Assembly: GCA_010014525.1 (NCBI GenBank)
Contig: RZZT01000001.1
Location: forward strand, 1-63,625
Direction: 5' to 3'
Length of the DNA: 63,625 nt
DNA from: Candidatus Saccharimonadota bacterium
Lineage (GTDB): Bacteria; Patescibacteriota; Saccharimonadia; Saccharimonadales; Saccharimonadaceae
Positions within the stretch are counted from its first letter, which is position 1; every line of letters begins with the position of its first letter. The position numbers were made by a program, and so were the translations under genes. The notes below the pieces were generated by a model. The model ran no database searches, was not told the origin of the DNA, and worked only from the letters and a program-made list of their open reading frames with translations. Of this stretch, positions 1-9,137 are shown piece after piece.

Positions 1-128
1 CGTTGGTTTCGCTGCAAAGCAGGAAGCGCGATGAACACCATCAAGAAGATCAAACCAGCGATGGCTAGCACAAGCACAACTTCGATGATTGTAAAGCCTT
101 TTGCTTTTTTTGTTTGTATGTCTTTCAT
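1..128 (-). CDS. Type IV pilin, N-terminal part (truncated by window edge)
   Basis: Reverse strand translates MKDIQTKKAKG|FTIIEVVLVLAIAGLIFLMVFIALPALQRNQR: class III signal peptide with G|F cleavage site and E5; SD-like AGGA upstream. Confidence 0.9.
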   Translation of the reverse strand, partial: MKDIQTKKAKGFTIIEVVLVLAIAGLIFLMVFIALPALQRNQ

Positions 129-264
129 TTCCTATATTTCCTTTCACTAAAAGTGAGTTAGTTATATTTACCTCCTGATATTATCATAACCATAATGGTA
201 GTGTCAAGACCTATTTTACACCTTGTGGCGTGAAAAAGTCTAATAAAAATGTTATACTAAATAT

Positions 265-1350
265 ATGAAAATTTTGGGAATTGAGAGCACATGCGATGAA
301 ACCGCCGCGGCGATAGTTGAATATAAAGGTGAAATTACAAGGGGTAGTTCGCCGAGGCTGGATTTATTGTCTTCAGTGATACATTCGCAGATTGATATAC
401 ATGCTCAATTTGGCGGAGTCATACCAGAAGTGGCGGCGCGCTCACATATTGAGTACGCTAATCCTGTGGTACGGCAGGCTTTGACTGAAGCTGATTTGAC
501 TTTTGAGGATATTGATGGCGTAGCTGTGTCGTATGCACCCGGTCTGGTAGGCTCTTTGCTAGTGGGCACTCTGACGGCACGGACTTATGCAGAGGTTTTA
601 GATAAGCCGTTCTACCCTATCCATCACGTTGAGGCTCATGTTTATGCTAACTTTTTGAATGAAATGCCACCCGAATTCCCTTTTTTGGCGCTGGTTGTCA
701 GTGGCGGGCATTCGCAGATTGTGTTGTTTCGGGCGCACGGCGACTATGAAATCTTGGGTGAGACTCAAGATGACGCGGTAGGAGAGGCTTTTGACAAAGT
801 GGCGAAGATTTTGGGCCTAGACTATCCGGGCGGACCTTCGATTGCAAAGGCGTCTCTAAGCGGCGATTCTAGCGCCTACAAGCTACCAAAAGCTCGCTTG
901 AGGGGGAAATACGATTTTAGTTTTTCGGGGCTCAAAACGGCTGTATTGAGGGCTGTGCAGAAAGAAGTTGGCGTTGGCCACACTTTCCCCTCGTTTGAAC
1001 TGGCGAATAGGTTAAGCGAGCGGCAGCAGGCTGATTTTGCTGCTAGTTTTCAACAGGTAGCTGTGGAAACTCTAGTAGACAAGATAAAGCTAGCGGTTGA
1101 AGAATATCAGCCAAAAGTTGTGGTTGTGGCTGGTGGCGTAGCGGCTAATCAGGCTTTGCGCGCGGAAATGGTGCGCCGGCTTAGCAGCCTAGTCCCGAAC
1201 GAAATTATTTTTACCGCGCCAGAATTGTGCACAGATAATGCCGCGATGGTAGCGGCGCTCGGCGTGTTCCGCGCGGCTTTGAACGGTCCATCAAGCCCAC
1301 TTGATCTAGAGGTTAAACCTTCGCTTTCGATGCGTGATTCGCGGTGGTAA
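265..1350 (+). CDS. tsaD: tRNA N6-threonylcarbamoyltransferase TsaD
   Basis: ILGIESTCDET, GGVIPEVAARSH, HHVEAH, DDAVGEAFDK, FSFSGLKT and TDNAAM motifs. Confidence 0.97.
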   Translation: MKILGIESTCDETAAAIVEYKGEITRGSSPRLDLLSSVIHSQIDIHAQFGGVIPEVAARSHIEYANPVVRQALTEADLTFEDIDGVAVSYAPGLVGSLLVGTLTARTYAEVLDKPFYPIHHVEAHVYANFLNEMPPEFPFLALVVSGGHSQIVLFRAHGDYEILGETQDDAVGEAFDKVAKILGLDYPGGPSIAKASLSGDSSAYKLPKARLRGKYDFSFSGLKTAVLRAVQKEVGVGHTFPSFELANRLSERQQADFAASFQQVAVETLVDKIKLAVEEYQPKVVVVAGGVAANQALRAEMVRRLSSLVPNEIIFTAPELCTDNAAMVAALGVFRAALNGPSSPLDLEVKPSLSMRDSRW

Positions 1351-1356
1351 TCGGAG

Positions 1357-2532
1357 TTAAAGCTTAAACTTTCGTATAATTCTCTTTCCGAGTGGCAAAA
1401 GATGCGCCCATACAAAATACAGAGGTGATAGGGGCTTGTCGTAAGTGCCGCAAAAAGTGTCTTCGTGCTTGGCAAATCCGCGTTTGAAGTTTGAGATGCC
1501 ATCGTTTAAGAGGCCATTTACGTCATATTGCCCTACTCCAGCCGATTGCATTTGCTTGATTGTGAGCCATTTTAAGATATAGTTAGCGCGAGTCTCTTGC
1601 CCTCTCTCTGTTACGCCACCGTAAAGCTCAAAGGCGATTTTACCGGATTTAATCGGCCATAAAAAGGCTACGAGTTCTTGCTTGCGCGCAAGTTTACTAC
1701 CGTATATACGCTCGAGATCTACTTGTTCAGAGCTGGGCTTTCCCAGAGTGCCTTTTATCTCTATGTCGATGTCAGTTTCTACTTGTTCGCTTTGTTCCCC
1801 ATTCTGTTCCGGCTCGATAGCTGGCGCATAGGCTCCGTAAACCGGCGCATTATCACCCAATATTCTGCGTAGATCTTGATAATATTGGCGCGAATGAATA
1901 TTAAAACCGGCCCGAGCGGCAGTTTCTTCGTAAATTTTAAGGCATTCTTCGAAATCGATATCGTGTTCAATTGGTCGGACTGAGATTTCATCTGAACTTT
2001 TGCGGATATACTGGCGAGTTTTTTTGCTCATTTCTTTAAACAGTTCCTCGTCGCTTTTCTTGAGGTCAATTAAAATAGTTTTAGGCAGCAAAATAGTATT
2101 TTTGGCGGTTTTCCAACCCTGCTCTTTCAATAGTTGCGGTGGAAAATCATTCCAGTCAGGTTCGATGCTTAAACAAACTGGTTTTGGCTTGATGTTTTTG
2201 GCGCAATAATCGGTAATTTCACGCATCATCTTTGCCCTTTCAGCAGGTTTTTTAGATAGGATATGAGCGCCTCTAGGGATATAAGCAAAATTATTGAGCG
2301 GCCATGGTAATTTGCGGGTTAGGATTTGAGCCGCCGCGACAACATCACGGTTGTCGCTTTTTTTGTATTCAGCATATTTTTTAGTAGTGCTGCGTATGAA
2401 GATACGCTTGACATCCCAGTGGTGCTCTTTCTTAAGCTCACCCCATCCCCACGATTGTAGTGGGTGGCCTCCGGTTGAGTCTATGAAGTCGTCCCATTCG
2501 GCTTGGTTTTTTATCTCGACAATTTTTAACAT
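1357..2532 (-). CDS. FemABX-family peptidoglycan peptidyltransferase
   Basis: HPLQSWGWG, YIPRG, KKTRQYIRKS and FKRGF motifs; start set at ATG 2532, 6 nt after TATAAT. Confidence 0.85.
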   Translation of the reverse strand: MLKIVEIKNQAEWDDFIDSTGGHPLQSWGWGELKKEHHWDVKRIFIRSTTKKYAEYKKSDNRDVVAAAQILTRKLPWPLNNFAYIPRGAHILSKKPAERAKMMREITDYCAKNIKPKPVCLSIEPDWNDFPPQLLKEQGWKTAKNTILLPKTILIDLKKSDEELFKEMSKKTRQYIRKSSDEISVRPIEHDIDFEECLKIYEETAARAGFNIHSRQYYQDLRRILGDNAPVYGAYAPAIEPEQNGEQSEQVETDIDIEIKGTLGKPSSEQVDLERIYGSKLARKQELVAFLWPIKSGKIAFELYGGVTERGQETRANYILKWLTIKQMQSAGVGQYDVNGLLNDGISNFKRGFAKHEDTFCGTYDKPLSPLYFVWAHLLPLGKRIIRKFKL

Positions 2533-2703
2533 AAGTCTATTATACAACAAAAAAGTATGTTATAATAGTAGGGTAAAACAAAAACGAGGAAAAACAATTC
2601 GGAGTTCGCCAATTTCATCGAGTATTTCGCGTGAAATGTGGCTTAGAATTAGTTTTATTTCTCGTGAAATACAATTCGCTAATCAGTAAAATGGAATATC
2701 TTG

Positions 2704-5271
2704 ATGAAAATAACTAAAACTTATGAACCAAATAACTATGAACCGGAGATTTACGCTCTATGGGAGGCCTCAAACTCCTTTAGCTCAAGTGGGCTAGGCC
2801 CAAAATACTCGATTGTAATGCCTCCGCCGAATGCTAATGGTAACTTGCATATCGGCCACGGTCTAATGGCGGCGCTAGAGGATATTTTAGTGCGCTATCA
2901 CAAGATGAAAGGCTATGATGCAGTATACTTGCCAGGCGCGGACCATGCTGGGTTCGAGACTTGGGTGGTCTATGAGAAACTACTTTCTAAAGAAGGCAAG
3001 AGCCGGTTTGATTTTTCGCGCGATGATTTATATAGCCAAGTTTGGGATTTTGTAGCCCAGCAACGGGGAAACATGGAGCTACAATTACGTGCTTTAGGGG
3101 CCGGCGCTGATTGGCAAAACTTAACGTTTACTTTGGACGAAAAGGTAACTTCTAGAGTGTACAAAACTTTCAAAAAAATGTGGGACGAAGGACTTATCTA
3201 CAGGGGTGAAAGAATTGTTAACTACTCAACTAAATATCAAACTTCATACGCCGATATAGAGGTTAACTATAAAGAAGAGAAGGGGAAACTGTGGACAATT
3301 GCCTATCCAATTTTGGGCGAATTCGGTGAAATTTCTGAATATCTTTTGGTCTCAACCACCCGACCCGAAACAATGCTCGGGGATACTGCTTTGGCGGTTA
3401 ACCCAACTGACGAGCGGTTCGAAAAAATGGTCGGAAAAATCGTGCAAGTGCCACTTGTGGGGCGTGATATACCGGTTATTGCTGATGACTATGTTGATCC
3501 GAACTATGGCACGGGTGTTGTAAAAATTACACCATCCCACGACCCGAACGATTTTGAAGTTGGCAACCGCCACGGTCTAGAGGCAATCCAAGTTATTGGT
3601 TTTGATGGTTTGATGACCGAAGAAGCCGGCGAAGCTTATGCTGGCTTAGAAGTGCTAGAGGCTCGCGAGAAGGTGCTAGAAGATTTGAAAAAGTCTGGAA
3701 ATTTGCATGGCGAAAAAGATATCGTTCATATGGTGGGCTATGATTATAAATCGGGCGAACCGATTCAGCCGCTAATTAAAGAACAATGGTTTATTAAAAC
3801 TACGCCTCTAGCGAAGCGCGCTTTGGAAGTGTTAAAAGCCGGCGAGATTAAATTTACGCCGCATAATAAAATGAATGTTTTGATGAATTACCTCGAGAAT
3901 ATTCGCGATTGGAACGTTTCACGCCAAATCCCTTGGGGGATTCCGATTCCAGCATTTCACGCCGAAAATGATGAAAGTGATTGGATTTTTGATGAGCGAG
4001 TTGACCAATCTGAAATTATGGTTGAGGGTAAAAAATATATTCGCGATGAAGACACGCTTGATACATGGTTCTCGAGTGCGCAATGGCCGTTTGTCACTAC
4101 TGATTATCTAGAGGGCGGGGAACTGGCGAAATTCTATCCGAATTCAGTGATGGAAACTGGCCACGATCTGCTATTCCCGTGGGTCTCACGGATGATTATG
4201 ATCGGGCTCTATTGCACAGATAAGGTGCCGTTCAAAGAAGTTTATTTACACGGAATGGTGCTAGATGAACACGGCCAAAAAATGAGTAAGTCTAAGGGTA
4301 ATGTTATCAATCCGATGGATATAATTGCCGAATACGGCGCCGATGCCTTTCGTTTAGGGATTGTTTCGGCGCGGAGCGCAGGGCAGAATCAGGCGTTTGC
4401 GCGCGATAAGGTAATCGCAGGGCGAAATTTCTGTAATAAGCTGTGGAATATTAGCCGTTTTGTGCAAGACAAAATTGGTAATATGACTTCTAGCCGACCG
4501 CCGGAGGCTTACACTTCTGCCGACCATTGGGTAGTGCGCGAATTGACCAAGGCTCAGGCCGAAATTGACAAAAATATGGCCAATTATCGCTTTTCAGAAA
4601 ATGCAGATTTAATTTATCATACAATTTGGTCAACTGTGGCCGATTGGTATATTGAGGCCGCAAAAACTCAAGACAATGACGAGATTTTGGCATGGGTCCT
4701 AGAAACTTGTTTGAAGATGGCGCATCCTTTTGTTCCGTTTGTAACAGAGACGATTTGGCAAACTTTGCCTTGGACTGAGGGTGTTTTGGCTGGCGAAACA
4801 ATGGCTGAAATGATTGGCTTTGACGAGTATGCAGCGACCGAATTTGAGCGAGTGCAAGATTTGGTTGGTGAAATTCGAACTGTTTTGGCTGAGCTACCGG
4901 GCAATAAACGCTACGACCTGTTGTTTACTGACGATAGTTTAGTTGAAGATAATGCCGCCTTAATTCGCCAGTTGACTCGTTTGCCGCAAGTTTTGGCAAC
5001 TGATGCGCCGCGCGGCGTGCAACTAGCGGTGAGCGGTCGCGGTGTGTGGTTAGATGTGCCCGCGAAGGTTTTAGATGAGTATAAAGAGAGCTTAATCGCG
5101 CGCATGGCTGAAGCTGAAGCTGAAGCCGAAAAACTAGAGACTCGACTCGCTAATAAAAATTACGTTGAGCGCGCACCAGAGAATTTGGTGGCGGAAACCA
5201 AGAGTGAGTTAGCTGCTAAACGGTCTCAGGTTGAAAAACTATCGCGTGAAATTGCTAAATTAGATAATTAA
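2704..5271 (+). CDS. valS: Valine--tRNA ligase
   Basis: PPPNANGNLHIGH, DHAG, SRQIPWG, DTWFSS, KMSKS and C-terminal coiled coil. Confidence 0.97.
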   Translation: MKITKTYEPNNYEPEIYALWEASNSFSSSGLGPKYSIVMPPPNANGNLHIGHGLMAALEDILVRYHKMKGYDAVYLPGADHAGFETWVVYEKLLSKEGKSRFDFSRDDLYSQVWDFVAQQRGNMELQLRALGAGADWQNLTFTLDEKVTSRVYKTFKKMWDEGLIYRGERIVNYSTKYQTSYADIEVNYKEEKGKLWTIAYPILGEFGEISEYLLVSTTRPETMLGDTALAVNPTDERFEKMVGKIVQVPLVGRDIPVIADDYVDPNYGTGVVKITPSHDPNDFEVGNRHGLEAIQVIGFDGLMTEEAGEAYAGLEVLEAREKVLEDLKKSGNLHGEKDIVHMVGYDYKSGEPIQPLIKEQWFIKTTPLAKRALEVLKAGEIKFTPHNKMNVLMNYLENIRDWNVSRQIPWGIPIPAFHAENDESDWIFDERVDQSEIMVEGKKYIRDEDTLDTWFSSAQWPFVTTDYLEGGELAKFYPNSVMETGHDLLFPWVSRMIMIGLYCTDKVPFKEVYLHGMVLDEHGQKMSKSKGNVINPMDIIAEYGADAFRLGIVSARSAGQNQAFARDKVIAGRNFCNKLWNISRFVQDKIGNMTSSRPPEAYTSADHWVVRELTKAQAEIDKNMANYRFSENADLIYHTIWSTVADWYIEAAKTQDNDEILAWVLETCLKMAHPFVPFVTETIWQTLPWTEGVLAGETMAEMIGFDEYAATEFERVQDLVGEIRTVLAELPGNKRYDLLFTDDSLVEDNAALIRQLTRLPQVLATDAPRGVQLAVSGRGVWLDVPAKVLDEYKESLIARMAEAEAEAEKLETRLANKNYVERAPENLVAETKSELAAKRSQVEKLSREIAKLDN

Positions 5272-5345
5272 AGTTGTATTTATGGCTCTAGCGATTGGAT
5301 TGGGCTACAAATTAGAATAAAATTATGTTAAAATAAAAGTGGTCT

Positions 5346-5435
5346 GGAGAGATGGCCGAGTGGTTTAAGGCGCACGCCTGGAACGCGTGTTGGGCGGAAA
5401 CGCTCTCCGGGGTTCGAATCCCCGTCTCTCCGCCA
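5346..5435 (+). tRNA. tRNA-Ser(GGA)
   Basis: Cloverleaf; anticodon arm CACGC-CTGGAAC-GCGTG; long variable arm; GTTCGAATC; encoded CCA. Confidence 0.97.
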
Positions 5436-5598
5436 AGAAATTATTTTTCGAGTGGGCTTCTTTTGTAAGGAAGTCTTAAGCATTGACTTTTTACCTTAAA
5501 TATGATATAATCAAACTAGTAGAATTATAATAAATTCTGCCCTTAGGGCGCTTAAGGGCTAAGCGCCAGAAACTTTATAATAGAGGGAGGGGCTTTCG

Positions 5599-6012
5599 AT
5601 GTTGTCAGAATATTACGAACCTCGGGAGTTCAATCACTCCCGAGTAGAATTCCCTCCGGACATCAAGTTAATGCCAGGAGATGAATGGTACCTCCAGTTT
5701 ACAAGGTGGGGGAACAGCGAAGATTCATGTCGTCCAGAGCATAGCCTGGAAGCAGTCTTTGGCAATTTTTCGGTTCACAACGGGGAAAAAATTTTCCGCT
5801 TGGCTGAGCCAAAGAACGCTGAGCATATTTTTTTCCAAGATTCCGGTGACAAACGCTACCGGATATTACCTATCGATGTTGTTTTGTATGTTCTGGATGA
5901 GCCTTCGATTGGCTCCGTGCAACGATCTTTCGAGCGGGGTATTGAGCAGTATGTGGACAGACTCCACGAGATAGCTCACGAGATTAATAAAGAATCTCAT
6001 CGCCTCACCTAA
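5599..6012 (+). CDS. Hypothetical protein
   Basis: 137-aa ORF with GGAGG SD, its own TTGACT-17-TATAAT promoter and a downstream hairpin. Confidence 0.65.
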   Translation: MLSEYYEPREFNHSRVEFPPDIKLMPGDEWYLQFTRWGNSEDSCRPEHSLEAVFGNFSVHNGEKIFRLAEPKNAEHIFFQDSGDKRYRILPIDVVLYVLDEPSIGSVQRSFERGIEQYVDRLHEIAHEINKESHRLT

Positions 6013-6016
6013 GATT

Positions 6017-6059
6017 CCCCTCGCATCTATATTCAATATAGAACAAGGCGAGGGGTTTT
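6017..6059 (+). terminator. Probable intrinsic terminator
   Basis: CCCCTCGC...GCGAGGGG stem followed by TTTT. Confidence 0.55.
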
Positions 6060-6109
6060 AATTTGGCTTTATTTTGGCGCGAGTGGTGGGTTTGTGCTAC
6101 AATGGTTTT

Positions 6110-6661
6110 ATGATAAAAAATGCAAAAATTCTTTGGATTGATTTGGAGATGACGGGGTTGGACCCAGCTTCGGATCGGATTTTAGAGGTGGCAGCGATTG
6201 CTACCGATTGGGGCTTCAATGAGATTGCTACTTATGAATCAGCGGTGAGAATTGATGAATCGATATTAAAAAACCGAATGATTGGCGATTTTTGGGAGAC
6301 TTTTAGTGAAACTCGGGAGGCTTTGAGGGTGCAAAACTCGGCGGCGGAGCTAGACACGCGAGCGATTGAGTTACAATTAATCGGATTCGTGAAAGCTAAT
6401 TTTGCTGAGGAGTTAGCGGCGGACGAAAAGATTTTGCTTGCCGGGAACTCGATTCATCAGGACCGGCGCTTTATCCGCAACGAATGGAAAGAATTAGATA
6501 AAATGCTGCACTATCGAATGCTTGACGTCTCGGCTTGGAAAGTTGTGATGAACGGCAAATTTAAACGAGTGTTCGCTAAACCCGAAGACCACCGCGCGCT
6601 TGAGGATATTCGCGGCTCAATTCAGGAATTAGAATTTTATTTGAAGAAAGTGAAGAAATAA
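6110..6661 (+). CDS. orn: Oligoribonuclease
   Basis: WIDLEMTGLD, GNSIHQDRRF, HYRMLDVS and HRALEDI (DEDDh) motifs; start at ATG 6110. Confidence 0.95.
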   Translation: MIKNAKILWIDLEMTGLDPASDRILEVAAIATDWGFNEIATYESAVRIDESILKNRMIGDFWETFSETREALRVQNSAAELDTRAIELQLIGFVKANFAEELAADEKILLAGNSIHQDRRFIRNEWKELDKMLHYRMLDVSAWKVVMNGKFKRVFAKPEDHRALEDIRGSIQELEFYLKKVKK

Positions 6662-6662
6662 T

Positions 6663-7097
6663 ATGACGCATGACGAACTAGAACAATTTTTACTAAGTTT
6701 TGAAGCTAGCCAGCTGCGGCGAGACGAAGAGAATAGATTAGTGATTTTTGAAGTCGATTTTGCGATTCTGGGCGAAATTTGGCGCGCGAAACTGGCGCAT
6801 CCCGATGATTTGGGTGAATTTGAACTCACCACTGGTCAGAAAATATTGGCTCATATTGAAAATGTAGATGACAATAAAGCAATCTTTGCGATTTTGTATG
6901 AAGGAACTCCCATTAGAATTGATATGAAAACGGGGCGAAATTTGGCGAAATTGTTGCGCGAGACGCATGAGAGCGTGGTGCCGAGCAAGCTGATGAACGA
7001 ACGCGAATGGAACACGGTGATTGGTTTCGGCCAGATTGATGCTAGTGGAATGATCGATTTGCTGCGGTTGAGCTACCGTTTAGTCACCGAGGGCTAA
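6663..7097 (+). CDS. MmcQ/YjbR-family protein
   Basis: KAIFAIL..., LLRETHESVVPSKLMNEREWNTV and LLRLSYRLV resemble the YjbR pattern. Confidence 0.7.
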   Translation: MTHDELEQFLLSFEASQLRRDEENRLVIFEVDFAILGEIWRAKLAHPDDLGEFELTTGQKILAHIENVDDNKAIFAILYEGTPIRIDMKTGRNLAKLLRETHESVVPSKLMNEREWNTVIGFGQIDASGMIDLLRLSYRLVTEG

Positions 7098-7098
7098 G

Positions 7099-8412
7099 AT
7101 GTTCGCTAGATTTGATGAGAATAAAGTAAAACGGAACTCTGAAGATTATCGCTTGCTGGCTAGCGAAATTAATATTTTTAACTATTTTTTGATAGGCTTG
7201 TTTTTGGTCAGTTTTGGAATTCTGGGCTTTAATTCTGGAAAAATTGGCATAAAATATAGCTTCAACATCTTGGGTTTTGCGTTTTTAGCGCTCGGCATCT
7301 CTAGGCTACTAGACGGAGTCTTGACTTATATCTATAAGAAATCTGGCCAAAAGTCGCTTGTGATTCTGCAACACGGCTTAATTTACTCCATAGCGGGACT
7401 TATAATTATTGAGTCCGAGCGGATAGATATCTTTCTGTTTAGTTTGGGCTGTTCGTTGGTCCTTGGTTTTATTGGGCTTACAAAATTAATTAGCTATATT
7501 TTGCTGCGCGACAGCCAAGTTAGATATAATATCGGTGATTTAATTTCAGCTATTTTTTACGGCTTGGCTGGTTTGGGCGTTTTGCTGAGCCCTGACCTAC
7601 ATATTGATGATTTGGTAAAAATAATCTCGGTTTGGCTGATTATATACGGACTTTCGTATTGGTCATTTTGTTTGATTGGCGTGGTGCCGCAGAGCCAGCG
7701 CAACTCTCTAAAGCGAAAAATTAGGCTGCCTTTACCGGTGTTTATTGCGGCGCTGTTGCCGGATATCGCTAGGCAAAATATTAATAAATTAATTGAAATT
7801 AATCCAGAAGAAATCGAATCTCGACAGTTGGTGGGGGATAAAAAGCCTAATATTGAGGTTTTGGTTCACGCTGGGCCAGAAGGCTTTAATCGGATTGGTC
7901 ACGTAGATCTACTATATAAAAATAAAATTATCTCGTATGGCAATTATGACGAAGATAGCCGGTCGATGCGCGAAATGATTGGTGATGGCGTGCTGTTTGT
8001 GGCTGAGAGCAAAGATTATATCAATTTGGCAATTCGTGAAAGTGAGAAGACTCTAGTTGGTTTTGGGCTCAATTTGGATAAAGCTCAGATTGAAGCGATA
8101 GACGAGCGATTAGCTGAGCTCGAGAGTCAGGTTGTTGAATGGTCGCCTGATGGCCGTAAAAAATCACGCTATTCGGCAAAACTAAAAAATGAGGCCAAAG
8201 CTAAATTTTACAAATTTAAATCGGGCAAATTTAAAAAATATTTTGTGTTTACTACAAACTGCGTGCTACTAGCGGATCAAATAATTGGGTCTTCTGGTCT
8301 GGATATTGTAAAAATCAATGGTATTATTACGCCGGGTAGTTTTTATGATTGTTTAAATAGGGAATTTAAAGCTCGCAGTGGCGTGGTGGTTTCGCGGAAT
8401 ATTTATCGGTAA
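7099..8412 (+). CDS. Membrane protein (DUF308/HdeD-like N-terminus) with soluble C-terminal domain
   Basis: About 6 hydrophobic helices, then a domain with GHVD, SYGNYD and TTNC motifs. Confidence 0.65.
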   Translation: MFARFDENKVKRNSEDYRLLASEINIFNYFLIGLFLVSFGILGFNSGKIGIKYSFNILGFAFLALGISRLLDGVLTYIYKKSGQKSLVILQHGLIYSIAGLIIIESERIDIFLFSLGCSLVLGFIGLTKLISYILLRDSQVRYNIGDLISAIFYGLAGLGVLLSPDLHIDDLVKIISVWLIIYGLSYWSFCLIGVVPQSQRNSLKRKIRLPLPVFIAALLPDIARQNINKLIEINPEEIESRQLVGDKKPNIEVLVHAGPEGFNRIGHVDLLYKNKIISYGNYDEDSRSMREMIGDGVLFVAESKDYINLAIRESEKTLVGFGLNLDKAQIEAIDERLAELESQVVEWSPDGRKKSRYSAKLKNEAKAKFYKFKSGKFKKYFVFTTNCVLLADQIIGSSGLDIVKINGIITPGSFYDCLNREFKARSGVVVSRNIYR

Positions 8413-8451
8413 TTTACGCCGGATTATTTTTGTGTTATAATCGTAAGTAAT

Positions 8452-9102
8452 ATGCAGCAAGATAATAATCCTGACCAGCGATCACAAAATCCATATACTA
8501 TTGATTACTTAAACCAGATTGCGCCCAAACAAAAACAGCCGTTGTTCGACAAGACGATGGTTATTATTTTTGGCGCACTGATATTTGCCGTAGTTGTATT
8601 TGCTGGACTAATGATGTTTTCTTCGCTCAACGAGAATCCTAATTCTGAGCCTCTGCTGCGAGTTTATTTGAAAGTGCAAAAGACTAATGAGCTAGCCACT
8701 AAATATCAAGGGCGTCTACAAAATTCCGATTTAAGGGCAATCAACTCTGGTTTGGCAACGACTCTTGCATCTGATGGGGCCAAGCTTAAATCATTATTAG
8801 GTAGTAATAAGATTGAAATTCCGAAAGCCGAAAAAAATAAAACGCCACCAAAAATTATAGCTCAAGTTAATAAAGACGCTGAGGAGCTAGATAAAACCCT
8901 GGATGATGCTTTTTTGAATGCGGTATTAGACAGGACTTATGCTCGCGAGATGAGCTATAATTTGGATGTAATTAACAGTTTAATGAAACGGGTAGAATCT
9001 TCGGCGCGCTCTAGCGATTCAAAAGCCTCACTTAACGAGATTATTAAAAGTTTAGATGTTTCGTCTAACCAATTTAGAGAATATTCCCAATCAGATAAAT
9101 AG
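8452..9102 (+). CDS. Hypothetical single-pass membrane protein
   Basis: One N-terminal TM helix and a helical soluble region. Confidence 0.75.
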   Translation: MQQDNNPDQRSQNPYTIDYLNQIAPKQKQPLFDKTMVIIFGALIFAVVVFAGLMMFSSLNENPNSEPLLRVYLKVQKTNELATKYQGRLQNSDLRAINSGLATTLASDGAKLKSLLGSNKIEIPKAEKNKTPPKIIAQVNKDAEELDKTLDDAFLNAVLDRTYAREMSYNLDVINSLMKRVESSARSSDSKASLNEIIKSLDVSSNQFREYSQSDK

Positions 9103-9137
9103 TTTGTTGCGCGCGCTATCTGTGGTAAAATATAGGT

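Noticed and set aside
2560-2700. T-box upstream of valS
   Set aside because: No GGTGGNACC motif or terminator found
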